This document shows positions 26,225 to 34,629 of a DNA stretch of 35,495 nucleotides, piece after piece. Numbering within the stretch: the stretch's first letter is position 1; the number at the start of each line of letters is the position of its first letter. The DNA is from a virus (taxonomy: Duplodnaviria; Caudoviricetes): IMG/VR virus record IMGVR_UViG_3300017721_001134, positions 1-35,495 of that record. One strand, given 5' to 3'. The notes beneath the pieces were generated by a model, which saw only the letters and a list, made by a program, of their open reading frames with translations, was not told where the DNA came from and made no database searches. The position numbers and the translations under genes were made by a program.

Positions 26225-27685
26225 TTACCTTGTTCTCACTAATTCTGGTTGATCTGATACATGAGTAATTCTATCCGTTACAGACCTTCTTTGCATCAAT
26301 AATTGTTTATCTAGAATAGTTCCTCTATCAAATGTTACTCCTAAATTTAAGAATCTAGTGCCATCTCCGTCAAAAGTTGTCACAGTTGCACTGGCGTCTA
26401 ATGTGCATTCAGCACCGCCTGTAAATGTTGTAGGTTTTAAGGTAATCACAACAGATGCACCATCAACAGGTGCTGTGTTTACTTCAACGCTCTGTCCTGT
26501 TGCAGTAAATTCAGTGTTTGTTAATCTTTGTCCGTTAACAGTAACAATTAATGCGTTATTGGTTGCTACAGATTTAGGACCATCAAATAAAACTGTGCTA
26601 CCATCGCCGACTGCTGTGACACTGTTATTTGTACCATCGAAGGATGTACCAATGTTATTATCTATAACCCATCTGTCAAATTCAATAGGCAACGATCTAA
26701 TATCATATGTAGATTCATTTTTGATCCTATACAATATTTTTTCAGCTTCTCCAGGTTTGCAATATCTAATAGGCAACACATTTTTATGACCTAGCACTAA
26801 TCCGTCATCTTGTGCAGATTTCATCCACAAAGGAAGATATTCAAAGTTCTCAACAGTCAACCCCGACTTGAGTTCGTTCTGCATATTCCTTATTGAGTTT
26901 ATGAATATTTGATTTTCTTGGGTGCCTGGCACTGGTAGTGGATTGTCAGCAGTCAATAATATTGTTGAAGCATCGAAACGTATGGTTATGTTAGGAAGAT
27001 ATTGATTAGTGAATGTAATAGAATTATCAGCACCGGTGTTAGCATCATATAATTCTGCATACACAACTTCGTAGATTGTATTACCTCCAGGATCTTTTGC
27101 CTTTGCCGCCTTGAATTCGCCGGGTATTAATTTTACGGTATAATTGTTTTTTACCATAAAATCTAGAATTGTTCCTAGTGATTTAAGATGTACACCAGCA
27201 AGAAACAAAACACTAAAGTTATAAGTGTGTGTGTTGAAATTTCTGTCTTGGTCTCTGTAGCGACCATCGTTAGTGAATAATTTGTTTGTAGTAATAAAAT
27301 TCAAGAAATCTGTGCGAGACACATCCGGTACATATAAATTTCCATACATGTTGGCAACTTCGTCTTTGGTTCTTCGTTGAGCGGATATTGTATAAGTTTG
27401 ATCTTTTACTAGTTGTCCTGATTGAGCAGATGCTCTTACTACAAAATTAAAATCTTTATCAACAGTTGTATTATTATTATCAAAAGTTGTATCAAGATTA
27501 TCAAAACTAAACAGTTGATTTTTCACTTTGCCTGTGATTTCACCATCAGGTTCAAGTCTTAGGCCTGGAGGCAATCTACCTGTTCTATAAGAATAGGTAA
27601 TAGGCAGATTGTTGGACGTACTAGCACCAACTGAGAATACTGAAACTTTGTAAGGTGAAATAGAACCTAATTTAATATTCGCCAT
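26225..27685 (-). CDS. probable baseplate/virion protein with putative Ig domain
   Basis: G.LPPGL.L...GEI.G, TFD repeats, GDGST..F...APVDGA module. Confidence 0.7.
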   Translation of the reverse strand: MANIKLGSISPYKVSVFSVGASTSNNLPITYSYRTGRLPPGLRLEPDGEITGKVKNQLFSFDNLDTTFDNNNTTVDKDFNFVVRASAQSGQLVKDQTYTISAQRRTKDEVANMYGNLYVPDVSRTDFLNFITTNKLFTNDGRYRDQDRNFNTHTYNFSVLFLAGVHLKSLGTILDFMVKNNYTVKLIPGEFKAAKAKDPGGNTIYEVVYAELYDANTGADNSITFTNQYLPNITIRFDASTILLTADNPLPVPGTQENQIFINSIRNMQNELKSGLTVENFEYLPLWMKSAQDDGLVLGHKNVLPIRYCKPGEAEKILYRIKNESTYDIRSLPIEFDRWVIDNNIGTSFDGTNNSVTAVGDGSTVLFDGPKSVATNNALIVTVNGQRLTNTEFTATGQSVEVNTAPVDGASVVITLKPTTFTGGAECTLDASATVTTFDGDGTRFLNLGVTFDRGTILDKQLLMQRRSVTDRITHVSDQPELVRTR

Positions 27686-28785
27686 TATAGATTTACCTCC
27701 ATGTCTACCTCATTGAAAGATATTACATCCCATCCTACGCCTCGTACTCGCATAGTAAATTCTCTAGTGAACACTTGTTCTATAAATGAACTTGAATCTG
27801 ATCTTTTAGTTGCACCGATTGTGAAAGTGTAAGTTTCTTCTAGGGTAATTTGTCTAGGTATTAATCCAAATATTTCACCACTATTATAATCAACTTCTAA
27901 TCCTGGAGGTAATGTTCCACTAGTCAATGCATAATAGATATTAATATCCCCAGCAGTCCCTAGGTTGCCATCCGGATCAACTGTGTCTATTGTAATAATA
28001 TAATAGTTTTCATGGTAGTAATCACCCAAATCAGGTTCAGTAATAAAGTGCAATGGCCTGATGCCATCAGATGCATCAGCACTGTGTATAGTAGTGTCTG
28101 CCCTTAGCAAATCACTATCAGTTTTTTGTCCTGCTCCAGTGACTGCTATTGAAAATGTTCTATCGGCAAATGCAACACCGTCGGACACTCTTACTGTAAA
28201 TTCGTAAAGTTTATTAATAGATGACAAACTTAAAGTAAAATCCCAAAGTTGAGTTTCGTCCCATTCTACTCCGTCCCAACCTACCTGCGTAGAATCAAAC
28301 AATGATGCCGGCACAGGTTGACTGACACCTCTTAAAACTCCTGACTCTTCAAGTAGATCAATTCCTGGCGGTAGTTGTCCATCGATAACTTTGTAACTCT
28401 TAATATCGTTGTCTGTGTCTACAGCTTGTAACTGCAAATTTAAAAAAGTACCATCGAATAAGTTTGCTATTTGTCCTGCTCCAGTAATCCATGTAGGAGC
28501 ATCGTCACCATCTACAAACAGAGTAAAAGTTCTATCAGCCACATCATTACCTGCCGTAGCTCTCACCACAAAGGTTGATTCTGTTCTTTCAGGAACCTCT
28601 GTTGGTATGCCTTCTATGAATCCTGTTGATTTTATTTGTATGCCTGCAGGCAATTTGCCAGAATGAAAAGTATATTTTACAGTATCACCATCCGCATCAG
28701 TGGCTTCAATAGCCTGCGAATAGAATACGCCTTCACTAATACTGCCCAGAGAACCGGCATCTGTTATCCATGTGGGTTTTGCCAT
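27685..28785 (-). CDS. putative Ig-repeat virion protein
   Basis: Two P.WIT.AG starts and three G.LP.G....G...G repeats with FT.RA/DRTF strands. Confidence 0.75.
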   Translation of the reverse strand: MAKPTWITDAGSLGSISEGVFYSQAIEATDADGDTVKYTFHSGKLPAGIQIKSTGFIEGIPTEVPERTESTFVVRATAGNDVADRTFTLFVDGDDAPTWITGAGQIANLFDGTFLNLQLQAVDTDNDIKSYKVIDGQLPPGIDLLEESGVLRGVSQPVPASLFDSTQVGWDGVEWDETQLWDFTLSLSSINKLYEFTVRVSDGVAFADRTFSIAVTGAGQKTDSDLLRADTTIHSADASDGIRPLHFITEPDLGDYYHENYYIITIDTVDPDGNLGTAGDINIYYALTSGTLPPGLEVDYNSGEIFGLIPRQITLEETYTFTIGATKRSDSSSFIEQVFTREFTMRVRGVGWDVISFNEVDMEVNL

Positions 28786-28803
28786 TTGTAGTATTTAAGT
28801 AAA

Positions 28804-28878
28804 TTAATGTAGGGAATTAGACCACATGTACAAAATGACCAATATAAACACTAGGAAGTACAATTTTAGTTCTTGCAT
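28804..28878 (-). CDS. possible 24-aa single-TM peptide MQELKLYFLVFILVILYMWSNSLH
   Basis: Occupies most of a 109-bp gap; strongly hydrophobic; no SD or standard promoter motif. Confidence 0.35.
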   Translation of the reverse strand: MQELKLYFLVFILVILYMWSNSLH

Positions 28879-28894
28879 GTATCTTAATGCAAAA

Positions 28895-30400
28895 TTAAGT
28901 TATTGTAACACCCTGTGAACCAACAATGTTCCATTTGCCTGTCTGTGCATCAAAAATTAAAGTTGCCGCTTCTCCTACAGCATCCCATCTAATTTGTGTT
29001 GTCCAGTTTCCGTTGGTGTTGCCAAGAATGGCTGGTGTAGCATTACCACCACCTGCAACTGTACCTATTTGGTTACAAATAATGTATTTGATTTGACCAT
29101 CTACACCATCTGCTATTGATAGTGTCATACCACCTGAACTCATATCTAAGAAAGTAACATCAGTGGTCACAGCAATCGCGTCTGTACCAGCAGAGTCACC
29201 TGACACTGTTTCTACACTAAGTTGTGTTATTCCTGTTGTATGCACAATATCGCCAGTGACATTTGCAACACCAACCAGTTCAAGACCATCATCAATCTTG
29301 ACTGCTGATGAATCACTGTTTTTGATCAAGTCTACATCCAGTGATATTGCAGATACTGAACCTGCAATATTGATACTGTCTGTGAATTGTATGGCTGTCG
29401 AATCAGCTGATTGTATCTCTGTGATATCTAATACGTCTCCACTAATAGTGCCATTCACATTCAAGCCATCTGCTATGTTAACACGGTCTGAACCTTCTGC
29501 TTTGATTGTACCGTTGAGAACCAGATTGTCATTTATTGTGACACCAGTTGAGTCAGTTGATTGTAAAGATTCAAAGTCACCAATTTTTCCTGTCACAGTT
29601 CCTGTTGCTGTAACATCGTTGAATCCAGTAATATCACTTGATGCATCAACAATTACTGCTTTAGAAGCTGTCACTGTTCCTGCTGTGATTGTGTCTATAG
29701 TTTCAAGTTCTGCTTCAGTCAATACAGCATTACCGCAAGTCAATGAAGTACCAGTTAAAGTACCACCTGACGTAACAGCACCTGTGAAATTGGCTGTGCT
29801 TCCGCCAACCACTGCTCCACTGATTTCAACTGCTTCTTGTATTCTTATGCTTGAAGAGTCAGTTGATTTGATAATGTTTACGTCTACAGTGTCACCAGTA
29901 AGGTCACCTTCGATGTTGGCTACAATAGTTGCTGTGCTTGAATCTGTTACTGCTGTGGCAGTTGCGGCAGAAGTTGTTAATACAGCTTTAAATTTGTCAT
30001 CACCTTCGTTCCAATACAACGCCGCATTGTTTCCTGCAGATCCACGTTGTATCAATATTCCAGCATCTTCGTCAGCACCGCCGGAGTTGTCTTTGTTTAA
30101 TTCAATTAAGTTGTCGCCTATTTCTAATGTTGTGGCATTTATTTCTGTAGTTGTGCCTTTTACTTCTAAATTAGAATTGATTATCACCATGCCTGTGCCA
30201 TTTGGTGTGATATTAATATTTTCGTTTGTTACATCTGATATAAGTGCGTTGCCTGAAAGTGACAAACTTGATAGCGATGAGCCACCTAGTTCTGTGTATA
30301 TTTCATCAAAGTTGTCATTGATCTTATCAAATGCCGTTCTTAATGGATCACCAGTACCGTCGTTGGCCGCTGATCCTATTCCTATTGTTTGTTTTGCCAT
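28895..30400 (-). CDS. tail fibre/baseplate protein with T4 gp9/gp10-like N-terminus
   Basis: MAKQTIGIGSAANDGTGDPLRTAFDKINDNFDEIY; Thr/Ser/Gly-rich repeats; AGGAG SD. Confidence 0.75.
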   Translation of the reverse strand: MAKQTIGIGSAANDGTGDPLRTAFDKINDNFDEIYTELGGSSLSSLSLSGNALISDVTNENINITPNGTGMVIINSNLEVKGTTTEINATTLEIGDNLIELNKDNSGGADEDAGILIQRGSAGNNAALYWNEGDDKFKAVLTTSAATATAVTDSSTATIVANIEGDLTGDTVDVNIIKSTDSSSIRIQEAVEISGAVVGGSTANFTGAVTSGGTLTGTSLTCGNAVLTEAELETIDTITAGTVTASKAVIVDASSDITGFNDVTATGTVTGKIGDFESLQSTDSTGVTINDNLVLNGTIKAEGSDRVNIADGLNVNGTISGDVLDITEIQSADSTAIQFTDSINIAGSVSAISLDVDLIKNSDSSAVKIDDGLELVGVANVTGDIVHTTGITQLSVETVSGDSAGTDAIAVTTDVTFLDMSSGGMTLSIADGVDGQIKYIICNQIGTVAGGGNATPAILGNTNGNWTTQIRWDAVGEAATLIFDAQTGKWNIVGSQGVTIT

Positions 30401-30431
30401 TAGTGTGTTCTCCTTTGGTGTTGACGAAATG

Positions 30432-30444
30432 TATTTAATAAATA
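30432..30444. promoter_or_regulatory. back-to-back divergent TAAATA late-type promoters
   Basis: TATTTA 30432-30437 and TAAATA 30439-30444 form the palindrome TATTTAATAAATA. Confidence 0.65.
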
Positions 30445-30465
30445 TTTTTATAAACCTAATGTAAG

Positions 30466-30747
30466 ATGTTCATCAAACAAACCACACAGATACACCTACA
30501 TCAACGAGAAAGCAAACTGGGTAAAGTACACAATTTCAAACGCAGACGTTCTGCATATCATTTCAAATGTGATGCTTGTGGCACAGAGTTTGTGCGTGAC
30601 AAGAGTAAAGTCACTCCTGCACGAGCGTCAAACAATTTTCACCATGTGTGTTCCAAGTGTGATGTAAAAAAGTATGCTCAAAAAGTGGGTGTAGAAATGC
30701 GTAAGATTTGGAACATTGATGCAAGTTCCACAGAAATAAAACTTTAA
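30466..30747 (+). CDS. small basic zinc-ribbon protein
   Basis: CDAC...HVCSKC pairs, 93 aa. Confidence 0.75.
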   Translation: MFIKQTTQIHLHQRESKLGKVHNFKRRRSAYHFKCDACGTEFVRDKSKVTPARASNNFHHVCSKCDVKKYAQKVGVEMRKIWNIDASSTEIKL

Positions 30748-31835
30748 TTGCTGTAAACGTCCAAGTTCCAAGCACCATTGCCAAACACACAAGTTGCAAG
30801 ACTTCTTCTTGGCTCAACAGAATCTCCTGCACCAAAAGGTGTTGTGAACGGTTTCCATGCATAGGTAGATAACACATCTCCATCATCTGGATTTCTCACT
30901 TGAGATATTGTCACAGTTGTGTTTGCAACAGATCCATACACAGAGTCACCACCTGCAATAATAAAATGCATGATCTGTCCTTCTGTGCCAGCGGCAAGTG
31001 TGTAATCTTCTTCACCAGCGGCTAATGAATGTATAGTTTTTGATAATGACAAAGCAGTGGTTGATGTAGCCAAATCATCTTGTGGTGTGAATACTGTTGC
31101 TCCTGATACATCTATATTTCCTGTAACACTTACTCCAGTGTGTATTACTCTGAATCTTTCTGATAAAGAAGCTCCATCATGTGTTTTAACAAAAACTGTG
31201 TTTGATGTGCCTGATGTTCCATCCATCTGCAGTTCTGCTCTTACATTTCCGTTGGAATTTTGAAAACTTAGACCAGGTGTGTTTGCGTCAGCAGTTCTCT
31301 GAAGTGTTACTATCGACGAGGCAGATTTGATGTGTAGTTGTGTGTCCGGTGAACCAACAGAACCTATACCAACCTGTCCACCTGCTTTCAACAAGATGTC
31401 ACCTGTGCCGCCAGGTTCGATTGTAATATTTGTGTTGCCTGTAGTGACTATATCTCCTGTGAGTGTGATACCCGCGGTTGTAATAGCAGGAAATGTAAAT
31501 GCCGCATCTGAACCAAAAGACAGTTGTCCATCTATTCTTACATCATCTACAATGCTCAACCCGGTTGAATCGTCCGAACGTATAATATTATTGAATATTG
31601 TTGGAGCATTCATTACAATAGTTCCGTCACCTCTGGGATCTAATGTTAGTTCTCCGTCTGTGATAAATGTTGTGATGTTAGCAGTTTCAAGTGTGGTTGA
31701 TGTGGATGAATCTCCTGATCCAACCAGTTGATACAACTCATCAAAATTGTCATTGATTTTTGACATGGCCGCACGTAAAGTATCGCCCGTTCCTGTGTTT
31801 ATTCCAGTGCCTGTGTTGATTGATTGCTTAGCCAT
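30744..31835 (-). CDS. tail fibre/baseplate protein, paralog of 28895..30400
   Basis: MAKQSINTGTGINTGTGDTLRAAMSKINDNFDELY; GQVGIG...P...LHI fibre motif; G.EGQI C-terminal module. Confidence 0.75.
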   Translation of the reverse strand: MAKQSINTGTGINTGTGDTLRAAMSKINDNFDELYQLVGSGDSSTSTTLETANITTFITDGELTLDPRGDGTIVMNAPTIFNNIIRSDDSTGLSIVDDVRIDGQLSFGSDAAFTFPAITTAGITLTGDIVTTGNTNITIEPGGTGDILLKAGGQVGIGSVGSPDTQLHIKSASSIVTLQRTADANTPGLSFQNSNGNVRAELQMDGTSGTSNTVFVKTHDGASLSERFRVIHTGVSVTGNIDVSGATVFTPQDDLATSTTALSLSKTIHSLAAGEEDYTLAAGTEGQIMHFIIAGGDSVYGSVANTTVTISQVRNPDDGDVLSTYAWKPFTTPFGAGDSVEPRRSLATCVFGNGAWNLDVYSN

Positions 31836-31855
31836 ATATGCTATTTAACAAATGA

Positions 31856-32170
31856 TTAAGTTTCGATTGTAGGAACTTGCCCCATCATATACCACTCGCC
31901 ATCTACTGCTAGATACCATTCTTTACAGGCAAAACTATACTGGCTAATGGTCAAATCTTTTAATTCTTCTTTGTTTGTTTCACTATTCCAATATTCTAGG
32001 AAGGATTGTTCGAAAATAGGCTCTGTGCGTTCTAAAGCTAAGTTACAAAAGGATTCTTCCTGAAAACTTATTTCCTTGTTGTAGGTAGAAAAAGATCTGT
32101 CAGTTTCTTCAAACTGAACAGTCACAGTTACTAACCATACGGAAAATATTGATGTAGCAAGATCAAGCAT
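31856..32170 (-). CDS. hypothetical protein, possibly exported
   Basis: Hydrophobic N-terminus, two Cys, acidic. Confidence 0.65.
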   Translation of the reverse strand: MLDLATSIFSVWLVTVTVQFEETDRSFSTYNKEISFQEESFCNLALERTEPIFEQSFLEYWNSETNKEELKDLTISQYSFACKEWYLAVDGEWYMMGQVPTIET

Positions 32171-32489
32171 TCATGTTCACAGAGAATGATTCACCGCAAC
32201 CACAAGTCATTTTTGATTGAGGATTGTCAAATTTAAATTCTGCTTTAAATGGCGTCACCACCCAATCCAAAGTCATGCCTAAAATATACATTTCAAACAT
32301 ACGATCAACAAGCAGTACATCTTCTAGTAAAGCATCTGATTTTGTATAACCATCTTCATTTTCGAAGCTCCAGTCATATGTAAGTCCTGCACATCCGCCG
32401 CCATTTAGAGATAATCTCACATAGGAAGAATTATTTTCTTGTGCTAATGATTTAAGGTGTGCTATTCCCTTGTCTGTGATTGTAATCAT
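32163..32489 (-). CDS. A-type Fe-S cluster carrier (IscA/SufA/HesB family)
   Basis: GGGCAG and CGCGESF motifs. Confidence 0.93.
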   Translation of the reverse strand: MITITDKGIAHLKSLAQENNSSYVRLSLNGGGCAGLTYDWSFENEDGYTKSDALLEDVLLVDRMFEMYILGMTLDWVVTPFKAEFKFDNPQSKMTCGCGESFSVNMNA

Positions 32490-32497
32490 ATGTGTAT

Positions 32498-32815
32498 TTA
32501 CATGCCCATTAGTAATCTAGCATCATCGCTCATGAATGACATGTCCCATGGTGGATCAAATGTAAGTTGCATTCTTACAGGAGAGTATCCTGCATTGGCA
32601 ACTGCTTCTTGTACCCATGATGGCAGTTCTCCTGCAACTGGGCAATTAGGACTAGTCAGTGTCATAACAACATCAGCTGACTTGTCTTTATTAATTTGTA
32701 CATCATAAATTAATCCAAGTTCAAACACGTCAACAGGAATTTCTGGATCGTATACTTTGTGAAGTTGTTCAGTTAATTTAGGATATTCTTTTTCGTAATG
32801 TTCTCTATCTATCAT
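32498..32815 (-). CDS. sufT: DUF59/SufT Fe-S assembly protein
   Basis: V.DPEIPV...ELGLIY, MTLTSPNCP, FDPPW...MSDDAR motifs. Confidence 0.9.
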   Translation of the reverse strand: MIDREHYEKEYPKLTEQLHKVYDPEIPVDVFELGLIYDVQINKDKSADVVMTLTSPNCPVAGELPSWVQEAVANAGYSPVRMQLTFDPPWDMSFMSDDARLLMGM

Positions 32816-32820
32816 GCCGT

Positions 32821-32849
32821 ATTATAGCATAAAAATTAAGAAAGAACAA
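32821..32849 (-). promoter_or_regulatory. sigma70 extended -10 promoter
   Basis: TTGTTC-N17-TATAAT with TG at the extended -10 position; ATG 5 nt after the -10 box. Confidence 0.65.
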
Positions 32850-33381
32850 TCACTCCACAAGCAAGTCTTTCGCCTGCATTACCAGTTTTGATTGATTCAG
32901 CATCACCACCAAGACCTAGATCGTCTTTATCTGAATGTATTATTATGGATCTACCAACCACACTTCGGTCTCCACTTAGGTCAACTCTTGGAGCAGATAT
33001 GTCCAATGTTATCACTCCGTCTTCATTAGCAGTGACATTACCTAAATCACCAACATGACCTTCTTCTAGATCTCCGTGATCAACATTGTCCGGATCGTAA
33101 TGTGCACCAGCAGTGTCACATCCTCCGGACAAGTCTCCGAATTCATGTATGTGGAACCCATGTTCGCCAGGTTCGACACCTGTTATTTCTCCAGTGATCA
33201 CAGTCGGACCTCCTGGTTCTTGTGTAAATTTAATTGTGCCTTTGACAGTGTCTGAGTGTATCAGTTCAGATGTTGCATTGACAGTTTCATTTGCTTCTGA
33301 TAAACTGGTAACACTATCACATTCACAGACCTTGGCTTTTGTTCTTGGGCATTCTTTAAACAGCACATGGTCTATCTTCAT
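32836..33381 (-). CDS. sodC: Cu/Zn superoxide dismutase
   Basis: HGFHIH, GAHY, DHG, HVGDLGN, GRSIIIH, GNAGERLACG; the expected metal ligands are present. Confidence 0.95.
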   Translation of the reverse strand: MKIDHVLFKECPRTKAKVCECDSVTSLSEANETVNATSELIHSDTVKGTIKFTQEPGGPTVITGEITGVEPGEHGFHIHEFGDLSGGCDTAGAHYDPDNVDHGDLEEGHVGDLGNVTANEDGVITLDISAPRVDLSGDRSVVGRSIIIHSDKDDLGLGGDAESIKTGNAGERLACGVIVLS

Positions 33382-33384
33382 AAT

Positions 33385-33534
33385 TTACTTTTTCTTTTTC
33401 TTTGTGGCTTTTTTCTTTTTCTTAGCGACTTTTTTCTTTTTCTTTTTAGCAGTAACTTTTACTGCTTTTTTCTTTGCAGGTTTAGTTGCTTCTGCTTTGT
33501 CGCCTAATAGCCAAGTCCAAATAGACATAATCAT
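33385..33534 (-). CDS. 49-aa lysine-rich (histone H1-like) protein
   Basis: Not in ORF track. MIMSIWTWLLGDKAEATKPAKKKAVKVTAKKKKKKVAKKKKKATKKKKK; TAAATA at 33545-33550 and AGGAG SD. Confidence 0.8.
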   Translation of the reverse strand: MIMSIWTWLLGDKAEATKPAKKKAVKVTAKKKKKKVAKKKKKATKKKKK

Positions 33535-33561
33535 TCTCCTTGTTTATTTACAAAAATGTAC

Positions 33562-34596
33562 TTATAACGCCAAATACTGGTTGTATAACTGTTCGGAAGC
33601 AAGGTTTTTAGCCTTTGCTTCTACTTGTATATCGAACTCGTCTAGGAAACTTAGTGCCCAGTCATTAACTTTTGCATTGGGCAAATAGTCAGAATGTGCT
33701 CTGAGTTTCTGTTTTTTACAACCGCGTGCCAATAAATCCTGGATGTTGTGCATCTCAGTGTGTGTTCGATCACCTAGTTCGGCAACTGCTAGGTGCTCGT
33801 CACGTGAATAAGAGTAATGCATGGTAGGTCTTACACCACGCCACGAATCTCTCACACGTTTTACTCTATCATCATTTGGATCTATGTATTCTTCGTCCCT
33901 GATCCAATGATGATGAATGTCCATTACAAGGGCAAGATCTTTTTCAAGTTCTAATGAAGCATCAAGACCCCAACCCATTTCGTCATTCTCAATGGTGATA
34001 AGATTCCGTGCTTCGGGTGAAAGTTTAGGCAAAGCCTTACGAATTCCTTCTGGGCCTTGTCTTCCTGATATATGCACATTAATTTTGCAACCATCTTGAA
34101 ATTGTTTGCCAAACCCCATCATGCGAGCCATTGAAGCATGATATTCAAATTCTTCTATACTGCGTTCTACAATGTCAGGTGTCACTGATGCTAACACAGT
34201 GAATTGACCTGGATGAAAAGATATCTTTACATCTTTCTCTCTTGCAAGATCGCCACACTCAGCAAAATGTTTTTCACAATATTCTATTACATCTGGTTTA
34301 CTCCAATAATATTTCCAAGTGTTCTCTGTTGCCACAGGTAGTATGGGAGATGATATTCTGCACATTCTACGTTCTGCTGGCAGATTACCAACCTTGCTGA
34401 TTAAATTTTTAATTGCTTGAATGTTATGATGGAATACAAATTGCAGTTTGTCTTCTGCTTCTTCTTTGTGTTCGTTGAGCCAACGGACAGTGGTTGCCCT
34501 AGTATTGAAAGGTCTTTCAAATTCTTCTAATTGTTTCTTCTTTAATGTCCTATCATGGTGAAACCATTGACAACAGAATCCAATACGTTTGCTCAT
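33562..34596 (-). CDS. uvsE: UV damage endonuclease
   Basis: RIGFCC, RISS...P, SFHPGQF.VL.S, INVH, IENDE, DIHHH, RAHSD, VEAKAK motifs. Confidence 0.93.
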   Translation of the reverse strand: MSKRIGFCCQWFHHDRTLKKKQLEEFERPFNTRATTVRWLNEHKEEAEDKLQFVFHHNIQAIKNLISKVGNLPAERRMCRISSPILPVATENTWKYYWSKPDVIEYCEKHFAECGDLAREKDVKISFHPGQFTVLASVTPDIVERSIEEFEYHASMARMMGFGKQFQDGCKINVHISGRQGPEGIRKALPKLSPEARNLITIENDEMGWGLDASLELEKDLALVMDIHHHWIRDEEYIDPNDDRVKRVRDSWRGVRPTMHYSYSRDEHLAVAELGDRTHTEMHNIQDLLARGCKKQKLRAHSDYLPNAKVNDWALSFLDEFDIQVEAKAKNLASEQLYNQYLAL

Positions 34597-34601
34597 GTCT
34601 T

Positions 34602-34629
34602 ATTGTAACACATATAATAATTGTGTCAA
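34602..34629 (-). promoter_or_regulatory. sigma70 promoter
   Basis: TTGACA-N16-TACAAT, ATG 5 nt after the -10 box. Confidence 0.75.

Noticed and set aside
29163-30464. 433-aa plus-strand ORF, and other long antisense ORFs (8090..8737, 17720..18193, 33113..33688)
   Set aside because: Shadows of well-supported minus-strand genes; low-complexity translations with no motifs or promoters.
33385-33480. (CTTTTT)n simple repeat as terminator or phase-variation tract
   Set aside because: Explained by poly-Lys codons of the 49-aa ORF.
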